Assembly: GCA_030141605.1 (NCBI GenBank) | Contig: JAQGDQ010000984.1 | Coordinates: forward strand, 9,201 to 73,200 | Origin: Tubiluchus corallicola | Taxonomy: Eukaryota > Animalia > Priapulida | Direction of reading: 5' to 3' | Length of the DNA: 64,000 bases | Shown here: piece by piece, positions 24,368-38,534 of the stretch | Layout of the letters: each line of letters begins with the position of its first letter | Position numbering within the stretch: position 1 is the stretch's first letter | The notes under the pieces: generated by a model | Seen by the model: the letters and a program-made list of their open reading frames with translations, nothing else | Told to the model about the DNA's origin: nothing | Databases searched by the model: none | Program-made: the position numbers and the translations under genes

Positions 24368-25087
24368 TCACGGAGTCTATGGCGCCGAAACTGGCATCGG
24401 AATCACGAAATTTAGTTGCTAATCGACTCACAGTCTATGGCGCCGAAACTGGCATCCGAATTACGAAATTTAGTTGCTAATCGACTCACAAAGTCTATGG
24501 CGCCAAAACTGACATCGGAATTACGAAATTTAGTTGCTAATCGACTCACAAAGTCTATGGCGCCGAAACTGGCATCCGAATTACGAAATTTAGTTGCTAA
24601 TCGACTCACAAAGTCTATGGCGCCAAAACTGACATCGGAATTACGAAATTTAGTTGCTAATCGACTCACAAAGTCTATGGCGCCGAAACTGGCATCCGAA
24701 TTACGAAATTTAGTTGCTAATCGACTCACAAAGTCTATGGCGCCAAAACTGACATCGGAATTACAAAATTTAGTTGCCAATCGACTCACAAAGTCTATGG
24801 CGCCGAAACTGGCATCGGAATTACGAAATCTGGTTGCTAATCGACTCACGAAGTTTACGGCGCCGAAACTGGCATCGGAATTGTGAAATTTAGTTGCAAA
24901 TCGACTCCCAGAGTCTATGGCGCCGAAACTGGCATCGGAATTGCGAAATTTATTTGCTAATCGACTCACGAGGTCTATGGCACCGGAACTGGCATCGGAA
25001 TTGCGAAATTTATTTGCTAATCGACTCGCGAGGTCTATGGCACCGGAACCAGCATCGGAATTGCGAAATTTAGTTGCTAATCGACTG
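24368..25087. repeat. 60-nt minisatellite (about 12 copies) in the probable NEDD4 3' UTR
   Basis: agtctatggcgccgaaactggcatcggaattacgaaatttagttgctaatcgactcac units with exact 60-nt period. Confidence 0.92.
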
Positions 25088-25415
25088 GCAAAGAAATGTT
25101 CATCTCACGCAAGATGAGCAGCAACATCCTTAACACAGAAAAAGATTAAAAAAAGACTTTTCATCATGGAATGCTGAACTGCCGTCACCGGATCGCCGTA
25201 GTCAGACACCGTTGCCGTTATTGTACCAAGTCGACGACTACCTGTACCAATGTGCCATCGGGTTTTGAGGATTGCCGTTGCTACGATAAGATTATAAGTT
25301 GCCGTCGTCGGATGTGTCGGAATCAAATGCCCGTGAAGAAAATATTTACACTTTACTGAAGGGAGGGCGAGGGTAGAGATGCCGTCGGACCAAGAGGAAA
25401 AATAGCGGGGTTTGC

Positions 25416-25544
<129 letters not shown>

Positions 25545-26683
25545 CTAAGACAAAGACATGACACGACCTTAACTCATATATCATTTATTTCTCATTACAC
25601 ATTTATAATAGTTTCGTGTACAATATATGGAGGGATGAGATTGACAAATTGCAAAAAACTCTGAAACAGGCAGGGGGTTTGGGGGCCACGTAGGAACCAG
25701 CAACAAATTGCAATTTTGTGACCATAGAGAGCCTCTAAGACTAAGTGGACTTAAAATATCAATTACCTTGTTTCATGCATAATTTAAAATAGCCAACTAT
25801 CAAGGATACATGATACCTAATTGTCTCAAAAACGCCTAAGTACTGGCCGCTCCTATGCAAAAGTATATAAAAACTGTCTGCAATTGACTCAAATAACTCC
25901 GCACAATCGATTCTATATTTTTATACATAGAGATATACACGTGGTTACACTGATGTACGTGATGTAAACAAAGTGACGGCCTGCCAACTAGCGGTCAGCT
26001 TGTGAAATAATGTACTGCGTCTGTAAAACTTTTCTCAACGAATTTACGCGATTTATAAAAATGACACTACTGGTCTTCCAAAAACTCGGAATTCCGCGTA
26101 TCCGCGGAAAATTCTCATCCCTGCTTTAAGTCATAAGTCATTTATTTCACCTCACACATTTACAATGGTTACATATACAATATCTAGTGAAAGGGCCTAC
26201 AATGAACATAATACAAATAGGAAATACTGCACAGGAAAAGCCTCAAACACTGTTCACTTATACACGAAGGTAAATGTGTTGCGGGTAATTCCGCGCACGA
26301 AATAGTATTGTGGGAGATTGAAAATGAAAACAAACAAAAAATAATTTCGACGCGAGTACGATATACGCATAAAATTGCTTAAAGTAACATAAGTTTGAGT
26401 GGAAAGTTTTTAGGGACATAGGTCAACATTTCCTTTTCTTCTCCTGATTTACGTTGACGCCACGTAATGGCCCGGCTGAACAGTATTAGTGGATATTTGG
26501 AATGAAGACAAACAAAAATTCCTTTTAACGCAAGTACGACATTGCGTTAAAGTAACATAAGTATAAAATTGCTATAAAGTAGTATAAGTTTGAGTGGAAA
26601 GTTTTTTGGGATGTAGTTTAACATGTTCCTCTGCCTCCCCTTTAAGAGATTACAATGATCACTCTTAATAATCAGATCAATCA

Positions 26684-28430
<1,747 letters not shown>

Positions 28431-28537
28431 TTGAATAACGTGATTTCGTTATTTTTATTCTGTTTGCAAAACCCAAGCGCAAAAAAACAAGCAAAGCTAA
28501 AAATACTCTCCTCCCAAAAATTTGCGTAACAACTCAC

Positions 28538-28645
28538 CCTCCAGAACCACTGAATAACCTTGTGATTGGCGAAGTATTCTCCTTTATACACGGTGTGGTC
28601 TCTCCAATCTTTCACATCAATGTCTCCCAGTCCGCACATCAACAA
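28538..28645 (-). CDS. NEDD4: NEDD4 HECT exon
   Basis: [36 protein letters not shown]; tttag / gtgagt. Confidence 0.95.
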
Positions 28646-28854
28646 CTAAAAAGAAAAACCGCACATTTTGAAAAACAACCAATCTCCAAGTGACAAGGAA
28701 TATTTTATGTTGTCCAAATTGACAGAAACCTTTACAATGTTTGAATAGTGATGGCAATAATACTGGCAATGGCAATGGCAATGGCAATAATGGCAAGACT
28801 ATTGGCATTCGCAATCTGAGTAGTGAAGTATCGTTTCTCTTTGTATGAGAAATC

Positions 28855-29340
28855 GTGACTAATTGTTTAATTCACAAGGTTCTTTCCTTATGACTAACTA
28901 ACTCTAATTATTTGTCTGACTAGATTCCTCTTGTGAGACTAATCAAGACTAATTATTTTGTCTGATTGGATTCCTCTAGTGAGATTAATCAAGACTAATT
29001 GTTTCATCTGACTAGGTTCATCTTGTGAGACTAAACAAGACTAATTATTTTGCATGACTAGATTCCTCTTGTGAGACTAATCGAGACTAATTATTTCGTC
29101 TGACTAAGTTCCCTTTGTAGACTAATCAAGACTAATTATAGACTAATCAAGACTAATTATTTTGTCTGACTAGATTCCCTTTGTTAGACTAATCAAGACT
29201 AATTATTTTGTCTGACTAGATTCCTCTTGTGAGACTAATCAAGACTAATTATTTCGTCTCACTATGTTCCTTTTGCCAGACTAATCAGGACTAATTAATT
29301 TGTCTGACTAGATTAGCTTTGTGCAACTAATCAAGACGAA
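28855..29340. repeat. Degenerate minisatellite, unit about 45 nt
   Basis: gactaatcaagactaattattttgtctgactagattcctcttgtga repeated. Confidence 0.85.
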
Positions 29341-29678
29341 GTATTTCGAGACCGCAACACATATTTCCATGAACCAAACTGACTGCCTGGCAAGTTAGTA
29401 TACAGATGCACGGATAACACAAAGAATTATTTACAAAGTAAAATCACAAACAAAAAATTTAATTAATGACGATTCTTATTAACAAAGCTGAAGGCTTTAG
29501 CATAATCTAATAAACCTGTTTTAATTAAATAAATATTTAGCAGCTTAAAAATGCTTGATTTTATTCAAGCTCCGATATCCGATTGACAAACGAAACGGTC
29601 TCTATAATTCCTCCAAGTTTCTTGACCGGGCAGTTTGCAAATGGACGGGTCAATTACAGAAATGTACCAACTACTCAC

Positions 29679-29799
29679 CTCCACTTCGTTCTCGTCAAAA
29701 ATTTGAAGAAGAGCCAAGGGCACGACGTCATTAAAGCCGTCACAAAATGCGTTCATCTGAGGTTTGATTCTGTCCACGAACCTCCATTGCATCACCAAC
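29679..29799 (-). CDS. NEDD4: NEDD4 HECT exon
   Basis: LVMQWRFVDRIKPQMNAFCDGFNDVVPLALLQIFDENEVE; cacag / gtgagt. Confidence 0.95.
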
Positions 29800-30479
29800 C
29801 TGTGAAATGACAAACATTAAACCATAAGAAAATACTATTCTTTTATCAACCTAAAGCAATTTGTCTGGAAATTTTAGGTCAAGCACTATGGGAAACCTTC
29901 GCCTGTGCTGGCTTTCAGGGCGTTGGAATGCGAAAACTACCACAATAGACATAGAACATTTATTTTCTCCAATTAGTTTGACATCAAAAGTTTTTTTAAA
30001 TATTAAGTAATTATAATCATGGAGCAGGGCAGGGAAGGACCATAGGGTCATCTAGTCTCCTGCCCTTTCTTATAAGTAAATTAGTATATTAAAAATAAAT
30101 ATGTAGGCTGCAGATAACAAAAAAAAATAAGAAAAAATAATAATAAAAAACAGTATAAATGAAAACAGAATAAGTGAAAACAAAAAATACTAAAGCTAGA
30201 TCATACCTAAATCTAAACAAAACAATACAATTAATCAGTAATTATGATTATTATGTATAATATTTTCAAATAGGGGTCTTATTGACAGGGGAATTTGAAC
30301 AAGGTTAGTGAGTAAAGTAAAAAAACTGAGAGTATGGAGAGATAAAATAAGTATCAAATAAGTGTAATATAGAAAAATTTAAGAGAAAAAGTAAGTATGA
30401 GAAAGAACAACAATTACTTAGGAGATGAGGAGATATCACTTAGCTTTTAGTGTCAAAACACTTCCAAGCAAAACTGCTA

Positions 30480-31015
30480 CTTCCTCAGAAAAATGAACAC
30501 TGCAGAACACCCCACATATGATGGTGTTACATTCGGCAAGAAAAGTTTCTCCTATTATGGAGCCACATTGTGGAATGAATTACCAAACTGTCTCCGAATG
30601 GCCGAAAATCTTGGGGAATTTAAACGTCTAATTAACTCATGGACTGGTGCATCATGTAAATGTGCCATTTGTAAATTCAGTGAACTTCCCAATTTTGTTA
30701 AGTCGTAATTAAATGCTGAAATGTTGGCAGGAGAAATTTTTATTGACTTAGACAGCTTTTTGTGTAAATTTTAGAAATTTTTATTACTTCCTAAAATTTT
30801 TGCCATCTTCATGTAGTTTTAATTTTCCTTGTACCAATACCTCTGGTGGCATCCAAACGACTTAAGAAGTTCATATTATTACCATGTTATCGCTCATATA
30901 CATTATGTTTGATATCGGTTTACGAGCTTTAAGCTTATGTTTCTACAAATATGTACTGTTTATATCATACCGACGAAAATAAATATTAATCTTATGTTAA
31001 CTTATCTTATCTTAT
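30480..31015 (+). mobile_element. 5'-truncated CR1/L2-group LINE 3' end
   Basis: TFGKKSFSYYGATLWNELPNCLR..FKRLINSWTGASCKCAIC, then a UTR, an aataaa and a (cttat)n tail. Confidence 0.8.
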
Positions 31016-31184
31016 CCCAAAGTGAGGAAAACACTATTCTTCTATCAAGCTAAAAAAATTCGATTGGAAATTTTATATCACTTAGCTTTTAGTGTCAAAA
31101 CAATTTCATTCCAAAGTGAGTGCATTAAGCGACATCTACTGTACTTAAAAGTAAACAAGTAAAAAATGTCGGTTTATCACTTAC

Positions 31185-31258
31185 TGTACATATTCAACTT
31201 TGTTTACGTCGGTTACGACGATATCACCACCTCCTGGTTTTAGCTCCTTCGTTACCAT
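31185..31258 (-). CDS. NEDD4: NEDD4 HECT exon
   Basis: MVTKELKPGGGDIVVTDVNKVEYV; ttcag / gtaagt. Confidence 0.92.
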
Positions 31259-32083
31259 CTGAAATGAGGAAAGTGTTAATCTGACGCAGCAAAATCAAAA
31301 CAATGAAAACAATTTGTAATGGTGCAGAAGCAACTGTAACTGTAACTAGTTACTTTTCTGATGGTGGAGGAGAAGCAACTGTAACTAGTTACTTTTCTGA
31401 TGGTGCAGAAGCAACTGTAACTGTAACTAGTTACTTTTCTGATGGTGCAGAAGCAACTGTAACTGTAACTAGTTACTTTTCTGATGGTGGAGGAGAAGGA
31501 ACTGTAACTGTAACATGTACTAACGTGTACAGCGTTGGGATAGTTCCTTTACTAAAGTAACTGTTACATTTCCGAAAATATGACTTGTTACAGTTACAAG
31601 TTATGCTGTCAAAAAGTAACATCACAAAGTTACAATTCCTTCTCCACCATCAGAAAAGTAACTAGTCACAGTTATAGTTCATTCTCCATAATCAGAAAAG
31701 TAATTACATACATTATCTACACATATGTGTTAACTACATTTTTTAGCTAATTTTGGAACCTTTCCACCAAATCACTAAATTATTCATTGTAAATTTTAAC
31801 ACTTTGTCACCATGGATGCAGTGGATCACTTTTAGATTTCCACCGTTCTCGTTTTTACATTCTAGAAACAACAGCACTCATTTTTTGCAAACGGTTAAGT
31901 TAGTTTCAACCAACCAAAAGGCTAAAGCATCATTTGTCGAAAAGATTCCCCACGTTGAACTTTTTTCCACCCTCAGACATCCAGTTTTCAATGTTTAAGC
32001 TCTAGCTCTCCTATTTCTATTACATTTTTTTCCAAAACGACAAATCTCCGCTCTCCGCTCAGCTACGTCACCTCTTCACTCAC

Positions 32084-32250
32084 CTGTCCGAAATTCTCCT
32101 CGTCCACCGCAAATCGGAGATCGAGCTCCGATGGATCGTTTTCCATGATCCAGACGAGAGAGTTGTAGTACTCCGAGTCCACCGACTCCATATCCTTGAG
32201 AGCCATGGGCTTCCCCAGTAACATCTTGTAGAATGGACGAATGAAGAATG
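32084..32250 (-). CDS. NEDD4: NEDD4 HECT exon
   Basis: [56 protein letters not shown]; ctccag / gtgagt. Confidence 0.95.
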
Positions 32251-32379
32251 CTGGAGGGAGAGAAAAAACGAATGTTTGACACTAACAAGGTAATCAAGTC
32301 AAGAAAAAATTCATTTTAGATGAAAAACGTTTACTTTAAAGCAAAGAAGAAGCCGCTCAGTATGTTGGTTTTAATTCAC

Positions 32380-32980
32380 TGTTAGGTTAGGTTAGGTTAC
32401 GTTAGGTTAGGTTATGTTAGGTTGTGTTAGGTTAGGATACATTAGGTTAGGTTAGGATACGTTAGGTTAGGTTAGCATACGTTAGGATAGGTTAGGTTAC
32501 ATTACGTTAGGTTAGGTTAGGTTACGTTACATTACATTAGGTTAGGTTACATTAAGTTAGGTTGGCTTATGTTACATTAGGTTAGGTTAAGTTAGGTTAG
32601 GTTACTTTAGGTTGTGTTAGGTTAGGATACATTAGGTTAGGTTAGGATACGTTAGGTTAGGTTAGCATACGTTAGGATAGGTTAGGTTACATTACGTTAG
32701 GTTAGGTTAGGTTACGTTAGGTTATGTTACATTAGGTTAGGTTAGGTTGGTTTAGGTTAGGTTATGTTAGGTTAGTTGATATTAGGTTAGGTTAGGTTAG
32801 GTTATGTTAGGTTAGGTTACTTTAGGTTACGTTACGTTAGGTTACTTTAGGTTGCATTAGGTTAGGTTTGGTTAGGATACATCAGGTTAGGTTAGGATAT
32901 GTTAGGTCAGGTTAAGTTACGTTAGGATACGTTAGGATTGGTTAGGTTACGTTAGGTTAGGTTAGGTTAGGTTAGGTTAG
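32380..32980 (+). repeat. Degenerate (TTAGG)n pentanucleotide tract
   Basis: gttag runs interleaved with gttac/gttat/attag/gatac variants. Confidence 0.92.
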
Positions 32981-33379
32981 ATGAGGCAGGATTAAATTTT
33001 ATCTAAATGCACATAGTACATCTTGCAACTCCCCATTCAGTATTTCATTTAAATTTTCATAACTTTCGTCAATTGACTAGGTTTTGCTTTGCCTTTCTGG
33101 ACATTCATTTATCTTGAGTGATGTCACGTGATTAGTCTGGCTTCCTATCATGGCGAAACAATAAATTATTTGCATGTGAATACCAACAGTTGGCTTGGCT
33201 GGTTATTTAATAAATAAGTCATAAGTGCCTAAGTGCCACGACAAGGCACAGTACTTAGCCGGGACATTGAAGCATTGTGGGGAGGAAAGGGAGGAGGGAA
33301 AGTAAATCCTATGGAGTTTTCCTTGCAAAGTTATATTACTTACCATTACGCTTACTTATTTGAAAAACTTGTGTAATTA

Positions 33380-34185
33380 GAAAGGAAAGAACAAGTCACT
33401 CAGTATGATGGGTTTATTTTTCTGTTATCATTTAAACTGTTTGTGGTGTGCTAAAGGAAAGAACAAGTCACTCAGTATGATGGGTTTATTTTTCTGTTAT
33501 CATTTAAACTGTTTGTGGTGTGCTAAAGGAAAGAACAAGTCACTCAGTATGTTGGGTTTATTTTACTGTTATCACTTAAACTGTTTGTGGTGTGCTAAAG
33601 AAAAGAACAAGTCACTCAGTATGTTGGGTTTATTTTACTGTTATCACTTAAACTGTTTGTGGTGTGCTAAAGGAAAGGACAAGTCACTCAGCATGATGGG
33701 TTTATTTTACTGGTATCTCTTAAACTGCTTGTGGTGTGTTAAATGAAAGGACAAGTCACTCAGTATGTTGAGTTTATTTTACTGTTATCACTTAAACTGT
33801 TTGTGGTGTGCTAAATGAAAGAACAAGTCACTCAGTATGTTGAGTTTATTTTACTGTTATCACTTAAACTGTTTGTGGTGTGCTAAAGGAAAGAACAAGT
33901 CACTCACTATGATGGGTTTATTTTACTGTTATCATTTAAACTGTTTGTGGTGTGCTAAAGGAAAGGACAAGTCACTCAGCATGATGGGTTTATTTTACTG
34001 GTATCTCTTAAACTGCTTGTGGTATGCTAAAGGAAAGAACAAGTCACTCAGTATGTTGGGTTTATTTTACTGTTATCATTTAAACTGTTTGTGGTGTGCT
34101 AAAGGAAAGAACAAGTCACTCAGTATGATGGGTTTATTTTACTGTTATCTCTTAAACCGTTTGTGGTGTGCTAAAGGAAGAACTT
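33380..34185. repeat. 72-nt minisatellite (about 11 copies) between about 100-nt direct repeats
   Basis: aaaggaaagaacaagtcactcagtatg..aaactgtttgtggtgtgct units; flanks at about 33254-33359 and 34183-34281 match each other. Confidence 0.9.
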
Positions 34186-34317
34186 AGCTGGGACATTGTT
34201 TTGGAGGAAAGGAAGGAGGAAAAGTAAATCCCATGGAAGTTTCCTTGCAAAGTTATATTACTTACCATTACGCTTACTTATCACTTACTAAAAATCACTG
34301 CTTCTTCTAACGACTTA

Positions 34318-34512
<195 letters not shown>

Positions 34513-35236
34513 TTAACCTTCAGGTGAAAATGGTGCTGGAATGCAGAGGAAGAGGAGCGAACCCGGAACTATTAGCAACAAATGCATGACATCACAAATA
34601 AACGCAATTTTCAAAAGCGTAAGCAATTTTCTGATTATAGATTAAATCATAGATTAAAATCTTAGTTAATGGCGGGCGAGCCCAACTTTTTATGGCATCA
34701 CAAACAAACCTCATTTTCAACAACAAAGATATTCCGCAATCGTGTTGCACGTGTTTGCAAAAGCGAAAATTTAAGTACAGTGCTACTGTAAGATACTCAG
34801 TGTGTTGTACTAATACTAGTCGAGTTTTAAGATAAAAATTCAAATTTCAAATTTACCGCTGTGCTCACGCATGAGCTGTCGAACGTGTGTAGTTCATTGA
34901 AAACTAACACATCTGAACTGAGAGGTACAGCAGCTGTTTACTGTGCAATGCATTTACAAAACGCAGGCGCTAGTGCCCATCTAACTAGAGGATGCAGCGA
35001 ATATTGGGGTGTGGGAATGATTCTACAGTCTTTAGACACGAGAAAGTGAAATTTTTGGATGGTACAGCACTGTGTTTACCATCTATAAACACTACGTGGA
35101 ACGTACGCGCTTGCCCGACATAACTGTTCAGTGCGGGAACTGCATACCGCCTCATTATGTACCATAGCTCACTGAACCGAAACTATCGTCACTATCAATG
35201 AAACTGAAGTTTCTAAAACTCATAATGCTGCACTTA

Positions 35237-35335
<99 letters not shown>

Positions 35336-36273
35336 CTACGAGAAGTTATCGAAAATGTTGTAAAGAATCAATACAAAGTTGCAGTGCAAAATAACAATGC
35401 AAAGAAACAATGCAAACTATGTGAAAATTTGTAGCATGTTGGGAATTTGATCATTCCTTAACAACTGTTTGTGGCGTGTTACGAATTTACTCATTCCTTA
35501 ACAACTGTTTGTGGTGTGTTGGAAATTTTGCTCATTTCTAATAGCACAAGAAAAGCCTGCATTCACATAAAGCTTAAAAAATTCTTCTTGAAAGTCTATA
35601 CCAATTACATCCTGCGTTTTTGCACACAGGGCTTGCGTCGGCAGTAAAGCTGTATAAAACCCGTAAATTTAAATTACTGTGATGGCAGTTAGATGCAGCC
35701 ATTTTCACGACAGGTCATTTGAAACAAGATTAGATAACACTGAGTAAAGTTTGAAAAAATAATCAGAGCATTCGTAGCGCACATTTTACTAACTGAGTAA
35801 AATTTTAAATTACTGTATCTTGTCAATAAGATCAATAATACGTTTTTTGGTTAGTGAGTGGTGCACCCTGGCGGTGGGTGGCACAACATTTTATCAACTG
35901 GTGAAAACATTTTAAATTATTATTTCTAGTTACATAAGTATGTCAAGCAGGTAAGCAAAACGCTAAGTAATAAAACTTTGCATTGAAAGTTTTTAGGGAC
36001 ATAATTTAACATTTCCTTTTCTTCCCCTAATTTACGTTGTGCGTGTATGACGTCATGTAATGGCGCGGTCGAAACAGTTTTGCGGGAGATTCGAAATGAA
36101 AAAAAACAAAAATTCCTTTCAATGCGAGTAAGATATACGCATAAAATTGCTGTAAAGTAATATCATTTTTTGTGAAATTACCTCAAGTACCCCTTTCTTG
36201 TCGTTTAAGCAATTAGCAAGCGAGAAAAGCTTCAGCTGCTCCTTGGAGACGACATACTTTATCCAAAACCATA

Positions 36274-36824
36274 CAATCATTTTCAAAAGTTTAAGACCAA
36301 AGTGATTTTTTTCATGAAAATTGACAAAACCATCGTTTAACACGGTTCCATCTAAAAACTATTCATTTATTCTTCTAGAAAATTATACTACAGCATAGTT
36401 TGTATGTTTTTGTCCAAAAATAGTCACAGTCCTTGAACATTTTAGTACTTTGTATGGCCGCCGAAGTTGTCAATCACTGCCTTCATTCTAAGAGGCATAC
36501 TGGAAATTAGGTTTTGGCAGTACTCGGAAGTAATTTCTTTAACCCAAACGTCCTTGATAACTCTTTGCAAGTCTTCAGCACTTGATGGCTGCCTGTCTGC
36601 CATCTTATCCTTCAGTATCTCCGAGAGATTCTCTATCGGATTGAGGTTCTGTATCCACCTGTATGGATAGCGGCAGGCAAATGAGTCACTCATACTCACT
36701 AGACGTCACTGTTTCAAACCACTAGCAGTATGATGCAATCAACAAAGAATCTGATGCAATCAGGCTACAGTATGATGAAAATCCCGAAAACTCGAGCTTG
36801 GTCTTAGACTTTTGCAAATGACTG
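36274..36824 (-). mobile_element. Internally deleted Tc1-family transposon
   Basis: NLNPIENL..ISSMPLRMKAVIDNFGGHTKY (Tc1 transposase C-terminus). TIRs caatcattttcaaaagtttaagacca / tggtcttagacttttgcaaatgactg; TA TSD. Confidence 0.9.
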
Positions 36825-37385
36825 TAAAATTCTATCCACTACGACAATGAACCACTCAAACATTCCTAGTGCCTTAGGCCACCTACACTTGAACCTCGCC
36901 AGCATTAGCAAGCGAGAACAGCTTCAGCTACTCCTTGGAGACAACATATTTTATCCAAAAACCATAAAATTCTATCCACTACAACAACGAACCACTCAAA
37001 CATTCCTAGTGCCTTACGCCACCTACACTTGAACCTCGCCAGCATTAGCAAGCGAGAACAGCTTCAGTTACTCCTTGGAGACAACATATTTTATCCAAAA
37101 ACCATAAAATTCTATCCACTACGACAATGAACCACTCAAACATTCCTAGTGCCTTAGGCCACCTACACTTGAACCTCGCCAGCATTAGCAAGCGAGAACA
37201 GCTTCAGCTACTCCTTGGAGACAACATATTTTATCCAAAAACCATAAAATTCTATCCACTACGACAATGAACCACTCAAACATTCCTAGTGCCTTAGGCC
37301 ACCTACACTTGAACCTCGCCAGCACTAGCAAGCGAGAACAGCTTCAGCTGCTCCTTGGTGACGACATATTTTATCCAAAACAATA
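36825..37385. repeat. About 140-nt tandem repeat, 4 copies
   Basis: aaattctatccactacgacaatgaaccactc..ttttatccaaaaaccat repeated. Confidence 0.9.
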
Positions 37386-37405
37386 AAATCAAAATGGCCA
37401 CCCAC

Positions 37406-37540
37406 CTCTCCGTCGAATTCTATCCACAAATTTGTCCTGAGCAGTTCCATTCGCGGCAGGTTCAGATAAATCGTCTTGAACGAGTCTTCGAACACGTGAG
37501 CGCGACGAACTTTGAAAGCGAATTTATTTGGCGTAGTCGA
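37406..37540 (-). CDS. NEDD4: NEDD4 exon (start of HECT)
   Basis: STTPNKFAFKVRRAHVFEDSFKTIYLNLPRMELLRTNLWIEFDGE; ttacag / gtgggt. Confidence 0.92.
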
Positions 37541-37702
37541 CTGTAAGGAAAAAATAAATGCGATGGCGTAGTTCGACTGTAAGACAAACAAGAGAACGTG
37601 CAACACAATGATTTGAGAATTATGTGATTCAATTTCTTAACTACAGTCATACTACGTAGCCATACATTTACACAACTGTTACAATCTGCTAAAAGAAGAC
37701 TT

Positions 37703-37822
37703 GACTACGGCCATATCACGTTGAAAACACCGGTTCTCGTCTGATCACCGAAGTTAAGCAACGTAGAGCCTGGTTAGTACTTGGATGGGTGACCGCCTAG
37801 GAATACCAAGAGCTGTAGGCTT
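37703..37822 (+). rRNA. 5S rRNA-like sequence (diverged copy or head of a 5S-derived SINE)
   Basis: gactacggccatatcacgttgaaaacaccggttctcgtctgatcaccgaagttaagcaacg..ggttagtacttggatgggtgaccgcc..gctgtaggctt is a full-length metazoan 5S with internal control boxes; no T4 terminator follows. Confidence 0.85.
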
Positions 37823-38534
37823 GCGGGATGCCCACACTGTATCTCGACTCTAGGCGGAGGAGCTGCACAAGGCAGCCAATGGCTAGAGGGCAGAGGAGGT
37901 CAAGTGACCCAACGGCCATGTGTAAAGTAAACCTTCCAAATCAGGAGTGGAGCCCCGAAGGTGGACCAGTGCAACATGCTCACTGACTCCGGCAGCTCCT
38001 GCAGCCAACCCGGTGCCAAACGTATCGCTCCGCTTTCCTTTGGACTACACCAGGGAGGAAGAGATGGGGTTCCTGTTATCTGGGCAACTCAGGATCTCCA
38101 GGCGTGCGCCCTGGAGACGTTCAAGGATCGGATTGCTCAGCCACAGTCGACGCTGCAGCTCCATCAATGTGATCAATAACTGACTCTCTTGGCGCACACT
38201 CCATTGTCTTCAGAGACAGAAGGATGCCAACCAAGTAACAAGCTTAGTATTACATAAACATATGTGTGCATGTATGGGAAAATCGTCCATATCTCCTCAA
38301 AAATCATCCAAGCAATGTGGCATATCTTCAGTGGCGAGGACTGTGAACCCTTGAGGTTTACAGGCACAATCAACCGAAATATCAGAGCATACTTTGAATA
38401 AAACCGAGTCTAGTTTTATAATTTATGGAAATATGAGTGACAAACGTATTTGCAAAATAAAATTTGTCAATTTCTATGAAGCTCGAAGATCTTTAACCAT
38501 CCACACTGTTTTAGTTTTTTGGTTAGGATTTTTG

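Noticed and set aside
37703-37822. Functional 5S rRNA gene
   Set aside because: Single copy, mismatches in stems and no Pol III terminator; kept only as a 5S-derived sequence.
37790-37900. HDV-like ribozyme after the 5S head (ccgcctag/ctaggcgg pairing, gctgc/gcagc hairpin)
   Set aside because: I could not assemble the nested double pseudoknot by eye; it needs a covariance-model search.
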